A stretch of 64,000 nt of DNA from Nitrosopumilaceae archaeon (GTDB lineage Archaea; Thermoproteota; Nitrososphaeria; Nitrososphaerales; Nitrosopumilaceae): the NCBI GenBank assembly GCA_965207375.1, contig CBDBMG010000002.1, positions 224,001 through 288,000 on the forward strand, in the 5' to 3' direction. Under the pieces are notes generated by a model. The model was not told the origin of the DNA and ran no database searches. It saw nothing but the letters and a program-made list of their open reading frames with translations. The position numbers and the translations under genes were made by a program. Positions 1-21,461 of the stretch are shown here, piece by piece (positions within the stretch are counted from its first letter, which is position 1; each line of letters begins with the position of its first letter).

Positions 1-145
1 ACAAGAAGCTTCTACCACAAAAGTTTTCCCGTTGAATTTTCATTTTTACTCTAACCGCGAAAGTTTTCCTCCTTGAATGTTTTGTCGTATACGGTATTTA
101 GTGGAAATACAGACAGTACTTGTGTATAAATGTGCACCTGTATAG

Positions 146-3100
146 GTATTCAACGTGATATCTCTTTTGAGAAATGTCCTTGTACTAGTGAAGCACAGAC
201 TCTTCTTCAAGCGGGATTCTTTCCTGCAACAGCTACTCGGCCAAGGCTAGCCTTTGCATTAGAATTGCTTGATCTTTTAGAAGCGTTGCTATTTGAATGT
301 CAACTTGCTGTTCAGGATTTTGTGTCTGCTCTCCGCTATCTTCATAGTCCATATGCTGATCATACTTTGGTAGTACATATACTTGCCTTACATAAAAACG
401 ATATTTCTGATTCTTTCAGATTTACAAGTCACTGTACCCTGTTCTAATAGACTGTTTTGAAGAATACAGGTTTGCTTTTTGAATTTTAGATAAGTACATA
501 AATGTGTATGAATGCATAAGCATTATACGTACGTACACGAGGAAGTTTTAAATACGCAAGTTTATTTGCTGATGCTTCTACTTTTTTGTTTTTCTGCTGG
601 CTTCAAATAATTCACATAGCCTTGTTTTTATTTATATACATAGTATAACAGGGGCATTAGAACAGGTATGGTTAGTTGTACATATTAATACTGAAAGAGT
701 CAATTGTACTGGCCAGTACATATAATTATGTAGAGCCATAGAGTAAAGTTATGCAATGTTGCCTTCAGATATTTATATGCCATATGTGGATATTCATGAG
801 ACTTGTTTATGTATGTTATTATGTATTTAGCGGTCTAACAATTATCATTTATAATATCTATGGACTGCGTGTTTATGCACTCGCACTCAGAGTGCATTAT
901 GCTTAATCGCCTATATATCTTCTTCTTTTACATGACTGGACCACTTTAAGTGCTTCTGATTCACCATATTCCAGGTATATGAAATGCTGTCTCAAAGAAC
1001 TTAAATTTATTGACCCTGATATCAGCAGCACAATTCAGTGTCCAGCTTGTCCAAAGGTAAATGTGCTCATGAACTGTAGCTAATTTAATGCTTGCTTATG
1101 GCTAGTAAAAATGTACAAGTACAAATGTAATTATGTTTTCTTTTAATTTAGAGTGGAGGAAGTTTATTTCTGTCTATTGATGGACTCTTTGGATTATGCA
1201 GAAAGAAATCAGCTGGTCAAAGTGTATGTCAACCACTGCAAGATGGAAAGTACTTTGAACCACAAGCTAAAGTAGATAGCTTTGTTGACCATTACCCTAG
1301 ACCATATGTTCACAGCAACCAAGTGGTGGTACGTACGTGTATAGTGTATTACAGATGTTACGGGTCTTTTGATATTTCAGAATTGTAATGATTTTCTTGC
1401 TGGTGATCTTATAAGATCAAGGACAAGGTTTGCTGCATTAGATGAGACTGGTGTTATCGGTATAGCTTGTCGGCATGAACATCCATTTCGATTCTACAGT
1501 TTACGTCATGGAGAGAGGTGCATAATTGTTGTACATACGTATACACATTATGTTTTGAGTATGTACTAGGATTTCCTACATTGTTTATGCTTTGGAGTAT
1601 ATAAAGCAACACTGTCCAGAGGATTCGAAGGTCTACCTGTTATATGATGTAGCTTGTGCACTTCAACGACACTTAAAGGTATGGTCAAATGTACATAATG
1701 TATTGTACATTAATTTTAGTTGCTTCTGATCAGAATCATAAGAAGACAGAGTTACTGGACTTCTTTAACATGGCTGTTCCAGTATTCCATGCATATGGTC
1801 ACAAGTCAAGTTGCCAGGTCAGCTATAACTTTTAAAACATGCATGGCCTGTAATGTTGTGCTGATTTTTGTAACAGCTAACTATGAGTGCAAGATATCAG
1901 ATAGGATTTGGGTTGACTGATGGTGAAGTGCTGGAAAGACTATGGTCATTTTTACGTCGTTTTTCTAAGATGACGAAAGAAATGCGATCCGCACATAGAG
2001 TTGATGTTCTGACAGATGCACTAATATACTATTCACAGCTGACATCTGAAAACTTGAGTAAGACCATAAGCTACATATGTGTGCACACTGAATGTCTTCA
2101 TTATTTTTTCTTATGTTTATTAGAAAATCTTCTTCCTAAAAGATTTAAATGAGCACTATGTGTTTGGATAGATGCTGATAATGATTTAGATAAACTAGTA
2201 TCCAGGAGCCCAGGTATAATTTATTCGATTTTTTGAAAAATCATTGTACATATGAGTGTATGCACACATGTATACAATCATATGTACATACTTGTTTGTT
2301 TGCATTAGCTTTGTCTTTTACTTGTAACAAGACTTACATAGCCACTGCATACATACGTACATACATCTGCATCTTATTCATTTATCCATATGTATGTGTG
2401 TAGTACCATTTAATGAAGATAGCATTCAGACTTGGCTAGATGCTGAAAGCTGTTCATCAAATGTTCAACAACCAAGTAGGTTATTTAAGAAGCTACGTAT
2501 TATACCTACAACCATTCAGTAATTTCCAATCTAATATTTCAATTAGATTGATCATTTAGATTGTTTGCTGTATCTAATATTTTAACTATATTTATCACCT
2601 ATGTACATATAACAGAGTATAAGGAAACTAGCGCTAATTGAAATTTCAATTGTTTAAAATTGGATGTTATGCTTGTTTAATATTCTATCCATCACTGTGC
2701 ATGTCTGCAGGTGAAGTAAATCAGTGGAAACTCCAATATTTGAAATTGCTTAAATCATCTATTTATATCAGGTTTGTGTCACTCAGATGTATCTACGTAC
2801 TAAAGGTAGTTTTCAATATATTATTCAACAGTAACCAAATTGCAGTATACACTGGAGATAATCCCTCATATGTCTCTGCATTATCTTCTCAATTGCAAAA
2901 GTAAGATGTTGTATAGCATATTTTTATTTTGACTTGCGTACATTTAGGCTTGAGCGGAAATTAAAGGTGACTGAAAGAGAACATAGTATACCACAACGAT
3001 GGACACCAGATTCTCCATCATACCAAGCCATATCAGACTTCAAATGGAGCAATCAAAACATGATGCTTTTGCAAAGCTGGAGCAATGTGCCAGAGAACGA

Positions 3101-4850
3101 TGGTTTTTACTTACTATTAAAGCAAAATATGCAGGTATGTACACATGCAGTGTTTTTTATTTATATAATTTTGCTTATGTACATGCATACATGTCACTAC
3201 TCTTATGTTACATAATTTATCAGATGGCCAATATATGGCATCCCGTATATCAAGAGGCATTCAACGGGAAACACAGAAGTTGAAAAGGCTTTTACATAAA
3301 TACAATCAATTGGTATCTGATCATCTCTCTTGGAAAGATGTGACTGATTTATCATCATCCACCTGGAACCCAGCTGATGGTAATAATATTACACGTCCTC
3401 CCAGATCAATCAGATTGGCTGCAATCGATGCTTATGTCAAAAAGCTTAGGGCTACTGAAGAAAAAGAATTAATAAAGACAGAGATGTGCAATATTATCAG
3501 CTTCTATTTAAACCAATATGATGACATCAACCGACTGTTAGACAGTTTTCACTCAAATTCAGAGTTTAGTAGAGGATGTCTTGTTCTTTTAAATAGGAAC
3601 TTAAGTGAGTGTAAGAAGAAAATATTCGATAATTATACTGCATTCAAAGACTATACACTCAGCTGCCTCAAGTTCCTGAAGAACTAATGTTACATGCACA
3701 CTTACCAGATACAGTCAAGTACGTAGCTGTATGATCACTGCTTATAAGTGTATATGTAAGATAATTTGTTGTTCCACAACCTTAGCAATCCTATTGATGA
3801 CTGTAATCATGATCATAGGGATCACGATCCAGGTGTTGATGAATATCATCATGTTGGTTTGAGTGATGGGTATCCACGTGAAGGTATTGATGATGGTCTT
3901 GATACTCTAGATCACAATTCTGATGTTGATTACAATGATGATAAGCTTGATGATGGGCTTTATGGACTTGACGATGCTACCAGTGTTCATGATAATGTTG
4001 ATTTAGATGATGATGAGTTTGATGACGGGCTTTATGGAGTTGATGATGCTACCAGTGTTCATAATGATGATAATGTTGATTTAGATGATGATGTAGATGA
4101 TCCTGATTTTCATAAATGTCTTGTCAGTATCAATGATACTAACAGTGATGATGTTGGCAAGGATGAATACACCCATGATGATGATCAATACAGTCATTAT
4201 GATATCAGTGACTACAGTCAAGTGGTTGTAAAGAGTTATGATATGAAACACAGTGATTATTACTTTTGTAATGCATATAAGTATGTAATACGTATGATTT
4301 CATAGTTGATTATACTGATGATGATGATGATGATGATGAGTTTGATTCTGAAGTAGCATGCAATCATGCTAGAGTAGCAAGAAACCGGCTAGAAAAGGAG
4401 GAATTTTTGCAGGTATATAATATGTGCATATATATCTGATTGTGACCATGTGACTTCATACGTATCTGTATGATTGATTCATCATGTGTAATATTATTGT
4501 TTACTTTATAATCAGCAACATCGTCAAAGTGAAGATCTACTAGCCCTTCTTCCAAAAGTGAAAATAGCTTCTACAAGAAAAGCTGTTGCAGATAGCCAGG
4601 CTACCGGTATGTTAAAAATATCCCTATCACTGCTGACTTTTTTAGAAAAATACATGTTCTTGAATGTACTATAAAAGTTGATGTGCTTCTTCCTACAGGT
4701 GGTAAGAAGACAATGTTTCTTCATCGCTCCCAAGAAGAGTTGCACAGTATGTACAAATCTTTTCAAGCAGACTTGACCAGAGAAAGGATTGCTACAGCCT
4801 TAGCCAATGTATCAACATTCAACATTACACTCAAAACCAAACCCAGTTAA
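146..4850 (+). pseudogene. KDZ (Kyakuja-Dileera-Zisupton) transposase, multi-exon, 5' end outside window, carries inactivating lesions
   Basis: Manual GT-AG splicing gives a CxC-like exon 146-369 (CPC..QTLLQAGFFPAT..P..AF), 420-469, 975-1056 (CPACPK) and ~1152 (SIDGLFGLCRKK). Then 1381 (LDETGVIGIACRHE..GER), ~1570 (YDVAC), ~1733 (VPVFHAYGHKSSCQ) and ~1877 (GFGLTDGEVLERLWS), all KDZ catalytic-core motifs. Helical exons, an Asp-rich exon and a last exon ending TAA 4848-4850 follow. In-frame TGA at 2150-2152 and a frameshift near 3030. Confidence 0.88.
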
Positions 4851-5316
4851 CTATACACATCAAAACCACTTGTGATTACATTATCAAGCTGTACATTGAT
4901 TATGATATTATACATAATTATATAATGCACGCACATGTAGCCATACATTCTAGATCTTGGCTTTGCTTCACTGTATACGTAGATTTGGATTTGCATGCAT
5001 GTATGCAGTTAGCTACTAAAAGCCAGTAGTTTTGGCACATAATGCACATATATCCAATTCCACACTGCGATTTTGATAATGCTTTACAAATACTCTTTGG
5101 CTTGTATAAATGTATATATATAATTATATGTGTTCCACTAAATGCGCAAGAGCATGCATTAATGCAAAGTAGCTATATTATGTATTAATAATATTTTGTA
5201 ATTTGATTCAAAATTGCATAAAATGTACATTCATAAAATTAATACTGTCATACAACATTATTGTGGAAATTAAATATTTGGTATACATGCGGGTGCATGT
5301 GAATTATAATTACATG

Positions 5317-10890
<5,574 letters not shown>

Positions 10891-12282
10891 CTACAATGCA
10901 TTATGTACTTTAATCTATAAAAAGAAGTGTTTTTTGCACATGATGAAACATGTTTAAGGGATCCAAAATGTAAGAACAGCAGTTATAGGATTAATATATC
11001 ACTGCAAAGGCTGCATTAAAATATTTATAGTCCTATGTGTGTAGCCGTTATAAGGAACTAGCTATAAGCTCTAACTAACACTGTGATATTTTAAAAGCTT
11101 CTACACAAAATTGGCAAGTTGCAGGCACCTTATGTTATTGCTCACTTGCATATTTCTCCTTTTATGTACAAAGGGATATAGCTAATTACCTTTACACCGT
11201 AGGTTGATCCGCAACTGTGGACAAAGTCTTGACCTGAAAATTTAACCTTGACTGTTGATTTACTGCTTGACTGCTGACTTACTGCAGAACTCTGTTGCTC
11301 CCAGATTGCTCCTTTGTAAATTCTCGGTTTTAACGCCTGTGCTTTTACTATTTTCAGATTCTTGTGTAGCATGCAGGTGTAACACATTACACCACAGCAG
11401 CTTTATCATTACCCAACCACCTGTCTATTTCATTAATTCACTATTTCATTGATTTACTCTAAGATACAGCCGCATGCACAGTGCAAGGTGAATTACATTA
11501 AAAAATACAGTATATTCTAGTAAAAGTTCATATGTTTAGTAAACTTGTTATATTTGATTGTGGGCTTCAAGTTTTATTTGCCTTTATTTGACCTATTACT
11601 GGATTGTTTTCGGAGACCTTGACTATTAACTTTGAGCTTGACCCCGGTTGCAGATCACTCTACAGTAAGTATGTATGTGACACCCTGGGCCTTCACGTCC
11701 CACACTGAGCAATCCAGGAAATCACATAACTCATCAACTGATGGGCTTTACTATGTCACAACTACAGCCATTGGCAATTCAGGCATGCACTGGAAAGGGA
11801 TTTCAGTCTACTGACCATTGAACACTACTGATTAGCAAGCCAGGTGGCTTAGTTGATACTGAAGTATTACATAATAATTCTATAAAATCAGCACACACCT
11901 GAAACAGGAGAGCAGGAGAATCCAGTTCTAGAAAAAGCAGACTGTATTTCAATTACAGGAATCCTATTTAGTTTCTGTCGCATAAATCCGAGCATAAATC
12001 CACCATGCGCTCACACATAAACCCGTACCATGGTACCCAGGCAATACCTGTAAAAATTCCTTAATAACAGGTACGTAATACCTGATAACCGTAATGTGAA
12101 GCGGGTGGCCCACTACTTGATGGCATTAGCGCCACCTATATAAGCGCGTCACGTTATGAATAGGCGCAGTTACTTGCATGATAGGAAGACGACAATATCG
12201 TTTTAAAACCCACATGTTATTCAGATACAATTGTCACATGCGTACAAGCGTTGTTTAAAAGGCATTTATTATTTATTTACTC

Positions 12283-13176
12283 TACGGTACCGCTCAGTTT
12301 AAATTTGACACTTGCACGCGTGTGTCACTGTAGTCGCTCGCAGATTTTGCCAGGCAACTCGCGAGTTACACGCAAGCACACAACAAATCGATCCTCGTGA
12401 CGAGTCATATGCACATGAAGTGCACTCAAGAGAAGGTTACCCTGCTCGCGAGCTGTCTCACGTTACGTGCGCTTGTTAGTGCCTCGCGAGTTATGCACGC
12501 GTGTAGTTTGTCTCTCCTCGTGATTCTAGTAATACTCAGCATTATCATCTAACATACGTACCAGCTGTGAAACTACAGATAATCATCCTGGAGTAGATTT
12601 CTTCGTCGACAAATCAAGCGCGAGCGCTTACAGTTGTAATACGGGTGCCTAACACGTGTTTATAATAAGCTTCTTATATTTTAGGGCGCCAATAACACGT
12701 GTTAGTGATTTAGTAGTTTTTGTAGTTTGTTGCAGTCTTTGGGAAGCAAAGGAAAGGCCTACAGTAGATTGGAAAAGAGGTAGTACTGTAACTACTACAT
12801 TGCTGTTGGTTAAAGTCTTCCTGCTCGGTTCCACACAATTAAATTATATCACCGAATGTCTTAAAACCTTTGATAGATCTCTAGCAATGATTATATGATA
12901 GAGCTAGGCCTTTTCACTTTATTAATTTCACCCCATGCATTAGCCATGCGAGTGCATCTGTTTGCGTGCGATAGGCTTCTGGCGTGCCTCGTGGCGTAGC
13001 TCACGCATGTCGTGTCGAGTGTATGCTCGCTCGCGGGCAGTGTATTCTATTGTGCATATATGCTCTCGTGCCATACAACCAGCATGCGAGTAACTCGCGT
13101 GTGCTTCGACAAAATCTGTTAAATGCACACGTGTTTGCTGCACGCGAGTGTCAATTTTAAACTGAGCTGTACCGTA
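12283..13176. mobile_element. TIR-bounded non-autonomous element, CpG-rich subterminal regions
   Basis: TACGGTACCGCTCAGTTTAAATTTGACAC.. at 12283 is the reverse complement of ..GTGTCAATTTTAAACTGAGCTGTACCGTA ending at 13176; TA at both ends. Confidence 0.7.
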
Positions 13177-14010
13177 ATATAGACATGATATACTTCATCT
13201 GTAATTCCAGTAGATTCAACATGTTTGCTTAGATTCATTCATGTGTCAAGTTTTGGTGTTTCCAATGGAGATAGGTATGTACCACTACGTATACTGTGAA
13301 ATGTATTTTTTAACTTGTATGTCACTGTAGGGTGGTACATACAAAGATATACATGCAGTAGTGAGGTTGCTGCAGCTGAAGAAGGAAAGGAAGTAGCTGG
13401 TAGAAGTCACTGAAAAAGTAACCGCAGAAGAAATTGTAGAACATGAAGTTGTTATTTTAAATGTATTTACATAATTTTAAATGTATTTTGTAGCAATTTG
13501 AAATATAATTATTTAATCTATGCATTTCATACCTTGGGACATACTTTTATTCAGTTGGTTTGCATATAATACACCAAAATAGTGTGAGGTAACTGGACTT
13601 ACTGGAGGTTCATAAACAAATGAGAGCTTTGAAATATATATTAAATTGTGTATTATTAGTATCATAATTGATTGTGGAATAGCATAAAATCTAGCATAAT
13701 ACAGTACGTAGGTGCAAAATTGGAGCAATTCCAAAAAGCATAGCTAATAGGCAATTTTCAAAGCATAATAGACACAGCCCTATCTGGAATTAGCATTTTA
13801 GCCAAAAGCTGTGCTATGAAAGTACAGTATATGTGTATAATAATAACTTTGTGGATGTTATAAACGACTGGGATATGCTGCATGGCAGCACACAAGAGAA
13901 GCGGTTTTGTCAGCATCATGCTTAAGGCTATTTATTAAACTACATAGCTACATATAATTATTATAAATGCAGCTATATACAACACAGAAACAATATGTTT
14001 GTGTATATTA

Positions 14011-14108
<98 letters not shown>

Positions 14109-14598
14109 GATGCGTGCATACAGTGACATAATGCATTAGCTAATTAGATACAATAGCTATAAAACAGATGTTCCTTTGTTTTGTATGTCTATGTATACTT
14201 GTCCTTTGTAACATCTTATCAGTTGAACACATAAATCCTCAACACTTGTATTAAAATTTCAGCGAGTGTTCTATTAGAATGTTTCATAAGTAATAGGTGG
14301 CTCACAATTGATCAATAAAATAATGATTTCCACTATATTGCTGTTATGAAATGCATCAGCTGTGTTATTGCAAAGCATTATAGTTATATAAACGATTTTG
14401 CAAGGTATTGGTCATCAAGAGTATTAGCTACTATCATGACATGATATAGCTAATGTGAAAATGCAATAATAGCTACTATGATTAGTTAAGCAGCACTCAA
14501 TGATGTTAATTAGAAGCTGCATTTACGTATGTATTATTGAGAACCCTTGGGAAGCTTATGTAGTTATCAGTAAGGCTGGAGAATATAACAACCTTATA

Positions 14599-17777
<3,179 letters not shown>

Positions 17778-17992
17778 AACTGGTACACTTTCACTTTTGT
17801 TTATCATCAGGAATCTAATTGTTTTGGCATTATATACATAGCTAGCTGACAGTAAATCAATCATATTATTCTATCTAATAATTATGCAGTTATGTACATG
17901 GTGTTACATACACAGCTAGCAAACCTAACACAATAAAACAGTTACAGTGATCAGTTACCTTATAACTATATTTTTGTGTTATTATATGCTAT

Positions 17993-18355
17993 TCACGGTG
18001 ATTCAACAATTTCATATCCATCCTGAATTGAAGAATCTTCATTATTTTGATTAGATGATGGAAAATAAGTTGGTGATGGTTGTATTTCTATTGCGTCAGG
18101 ATTCAAATATTGCTTATCTAGAGAAATACTTTCTTCTGTGTATATAGGGATATTGAAAAGTTTACATCTATGTCAGAATATACATGGGTAGTTTAATGCA
18201 CCTTTCGTTCTTTGTTGATTGTAGAGTTTCCAAGAAAATAAAACAATTATTGCAGTAGCAATCACAGAAGTAGTTGTGAACAGTGCTGTTAATCCAATAA
18301 ATATCTCACAATATCTTTCATCATTCTCATTTTTAACATCATCTTTATTACTGTC
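17993..18355 (-). CDS. Second (duplicated) transmembrane exon + cytoplasmic-tail exon pair of a single-pass receptor
   Basis: TM exon ~18354-18202 (ERYCEIFIGLTALFTTTSVIATAIIVLFSWKLYNQQRTK) and tail exon 18135-17993 (..QYLNPDAIEIQPSPTYFP..GYEIVESP*). Paralogous to 21841-21462. The homologous acceptor reads actg instead of acag. Confidence 0.65.
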
Positions 18356-18994
18356 AGTAAAACGCAAATTGTGTAATTACATCAGAATTTGAATTACTTT
18401 TCTCATGTAAGTATGTAGATACGTAGCTACCAGGCACCCCAATAAGAAAACGGATAATTATAAACAACTACTCTTAAGTAACATGTAATGCATAAAATTA
18501 ATGGCTACCACTCACTGTAAAAACTGTCATGTGTAGCTATATACCTCACACAATAATATTAATATTGTGTGAAATTTCAGTCAAAAAATTCTCTAGCTAC
18601 TTTTTCATGTGACTATCACACACTTTTAAGATCCAATATTATGATTTTGAATATAGATAATTCTGCTTGTAGAAGTTATGGATATACAAATTTGACACAA
18701 CAGAGATACATTATGGCGGTTCTAAATTCCCGGTCTAGCAATTCTTTTATTATATATTCACCCATAATTCCCAAAATTATTCTTGATAAAAACTACTGTT
18801 ACAGTAACGATGTACCTTAAATCTATGTAATCTTCTTCAGTAACCACATATATATCTTACTTAATAAACACAAAGCAAAACATTCCTTATCTTAAATATA
18901 TGTAACAAAGCCCTCTGCAGTATAACAATTGTCATGGACAACACAAGAAATAAAATGTTTGATTGTGGGTTTAAGTTTACGTAAATCTAAGCTC

Positions 18995-20010
18995 AGAATC
19001 ATCTAGTGCAACACCTGTTAAGTCTGGGGTGCCACATGGTATGGTTTTAGGCCCCCTTATGTTTCTTGTGTATATTAATGATATAAATGAAAACATTACA
19101 TCTTCCGTTCGACTATTTGCCGATGACTGTGTTATTTATAAGTCTATTACATCACTAGAAGATGCGGAACAGTTACAAGAAGTCCTATGTAAAATATGTG
19201 AATGGACCAACAAATGGCAAATGAAATTAAATATTGATAAATGTGCCGTGCTACACTGTACCCATTCCCCGATTCCCATACAATATGCATATACTTTAAT
19301 GGGTCATAATTTAGAGATAAAGAAACTATATACATATCTCGGTGTAGGAATTGATAATACTATGTCATGGTCATCGCACATACAAATGATAAGTAATAGA
19401 TCAACTAAAGTGTTGAATTTTATTAAACGAAACCTTAATAGTTGTCCACTTAACACTAAAAACAGCCTATCTAATGCTAGTTAGACCTATTATGGAATAT
19501 GTTGCTCCTATCTGGGATCCATATTACATTTATAAGCTAGAAAAAGTACAAAGAAGAGCTGCTCGATGGATTTTATCTGAATACTCTAGAACTACCAGTG
19601 TTACATCATTGTTGTCTGTTCTCAATATATACATTACAACAGCGTCATCAATTATCAAGGTTAACATTATTTTATAAAATAATTAACAATGCACTACCGA
19701 TTTCCATTCCTTTACACTATCAAAGAACCCAATTTCACACAAGACAACACCATCCGAATCACTTTATCCTGCCACAAGTTACTCTTAATACTTATAAGTA
19801 TAGTTTCTACCCAAGAACTATTAAAGATTGGAATAATTTACCAATTAGTATTATAGAATCAAGAGATTTGGACAAATTTATCCACTTACTTAACTATAAT
19901 TTTTGTAATTAATTGTATCTATGATTGTACTATTTGGGGTTTTCACCCCCTGGGCAAACCAGCTGAGCTGACTGCCCAGTATTTAATCTTAAATCTAAAT
20001 CTTAAATCTC
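18995..20010 (+). mobile_element. 5'-truncated CR1/L2-like LINE (RT 3' half), frameshifted
   Basis: SGVPHGMVLGPLMFLVYINDI..VRLFADDCVIY..WQMKLN..YLGV..LVRPIMEY..WDP..LEKVQRRAARW..YSFYPRTIKDWNNLP; tail of (TAAATC/T)-like repeats at ~19981-20009. Confidence 0.85.
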
Positions 20011-21461
20011 AGCTTTTTTAACTTTGACAATCAGATGATACTAGACAGTTTAAAAGTAATTTTTACTAGATAGCTTGGTTTTATAGTATAACATAACTTC
20101 TATTATTCTTTTATTAGCTAGCTAGCTATTCTTGATTGTAAGATACTCCAGCAAAATGTTTGCATGCCTATAGCTAAGCATAGCTAGGATTGTAAATGAT
20201 GCAAATTTTAGGTTATTAATCAATTCACAAGGGCCATAAATTATATATCTAGCTATGGCTGGGTAAAGCTGCCCAAAAGTAAATAGCCACAGAAAGTGTA
20301 TAATAATGCATATAAAATTAAAAGTAGCTAATGGTAATAGCTAACACTTTCAGCTGCATGCATACATTATACTTGATATACGTATAGTAAAAATGTCATA
20401 GCACCAGTATCATACGTACATAGTTACCCCTGATTATTGTCTAGAGTATTTTGGTTATAGTCTTGAGCCTATTGTGCTCAAAAATTTATTTATTACTCCT
20501 TCCCGAACTTCCCAAAGTTTTACCCATTGTTCTTAATTTATTCCCAAATCATCACCCATTATTCCTTTATTATTCTTTTAATTTTACTAGGTCAATAAAA
20601 ATAATATAAAACTCTTTGCAAACTGAGCTGCTGATGTCCAAAGAATAAAAATCTTTTTAAAATGAATTTTTTGTCAATGATTAATTGATTGACCCCCTAT
20701 ATGGCTATATATGATACCTATATCTCCACCCTTGATTAATTATTTGTGTAAAAAGTAACAGCTACGTACACATGTACAATTAACTACATACGTATGTGAA
20801 CATCTCAAATAAAATCCAGGAGTGATAGCTATATCCAGAGAAATACACACTTGAAAGTTTCGAAAACAATTTTTTTATTTTCAAATTTTCATATTTTGAT
20901 ATCTTAATAGGCAAAAATAATACGTAGCTAGCTACTTTGACTGTTGTTTGATATTTTTTTGCTACGTAGTTCATACAACATACTATGGTGTTGTAACAAA
21001 GGTGCAACGTTATAGTTATAAGTCCTGATTTTTACTTGATATCTATGTAAAGTGTATTAAGGTCCATTACTAGCTAGGCATGAATTAGTGATGATAGTGC
21101 ATTGTCTAAACAATAAATCTTTCAAGCATAAAGCTTTCGGGATTTAGTGGAGAAAAAACTTTTGCACTTATGCTAAATAAGAATAAAAGCAGCTTTCACG
21201 TAATGAAATTAGTAGAGTAAACTTTCACAGTTTATTGAAAATTGTGAAAGTTTCTCCCTCGAAAATTTTGTTGTTTACGGTAAGACAATTGTAGCATACA
21301 CAAGTAACTACGTAAATAGTACATTTCTACCTTAGCAGAATAAAGGTAGCTAATTAGCTAGTCATCTGCTGTGACTATATTATATTGTTCTGTGCATGTG
21401 AATGTTTCATACAATTCTGATATAGAATCTTACATACAAGTTGTTACACAAACTCCTTTTA

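Noticed and set aside
11630-11830. Possible Tc1/IS630-like remnant (GFTMSQLQPLAIQ) or upstream exon of the accessory gene
   Set aside because: Too degenerate; no phase-compatible open exon could be established.
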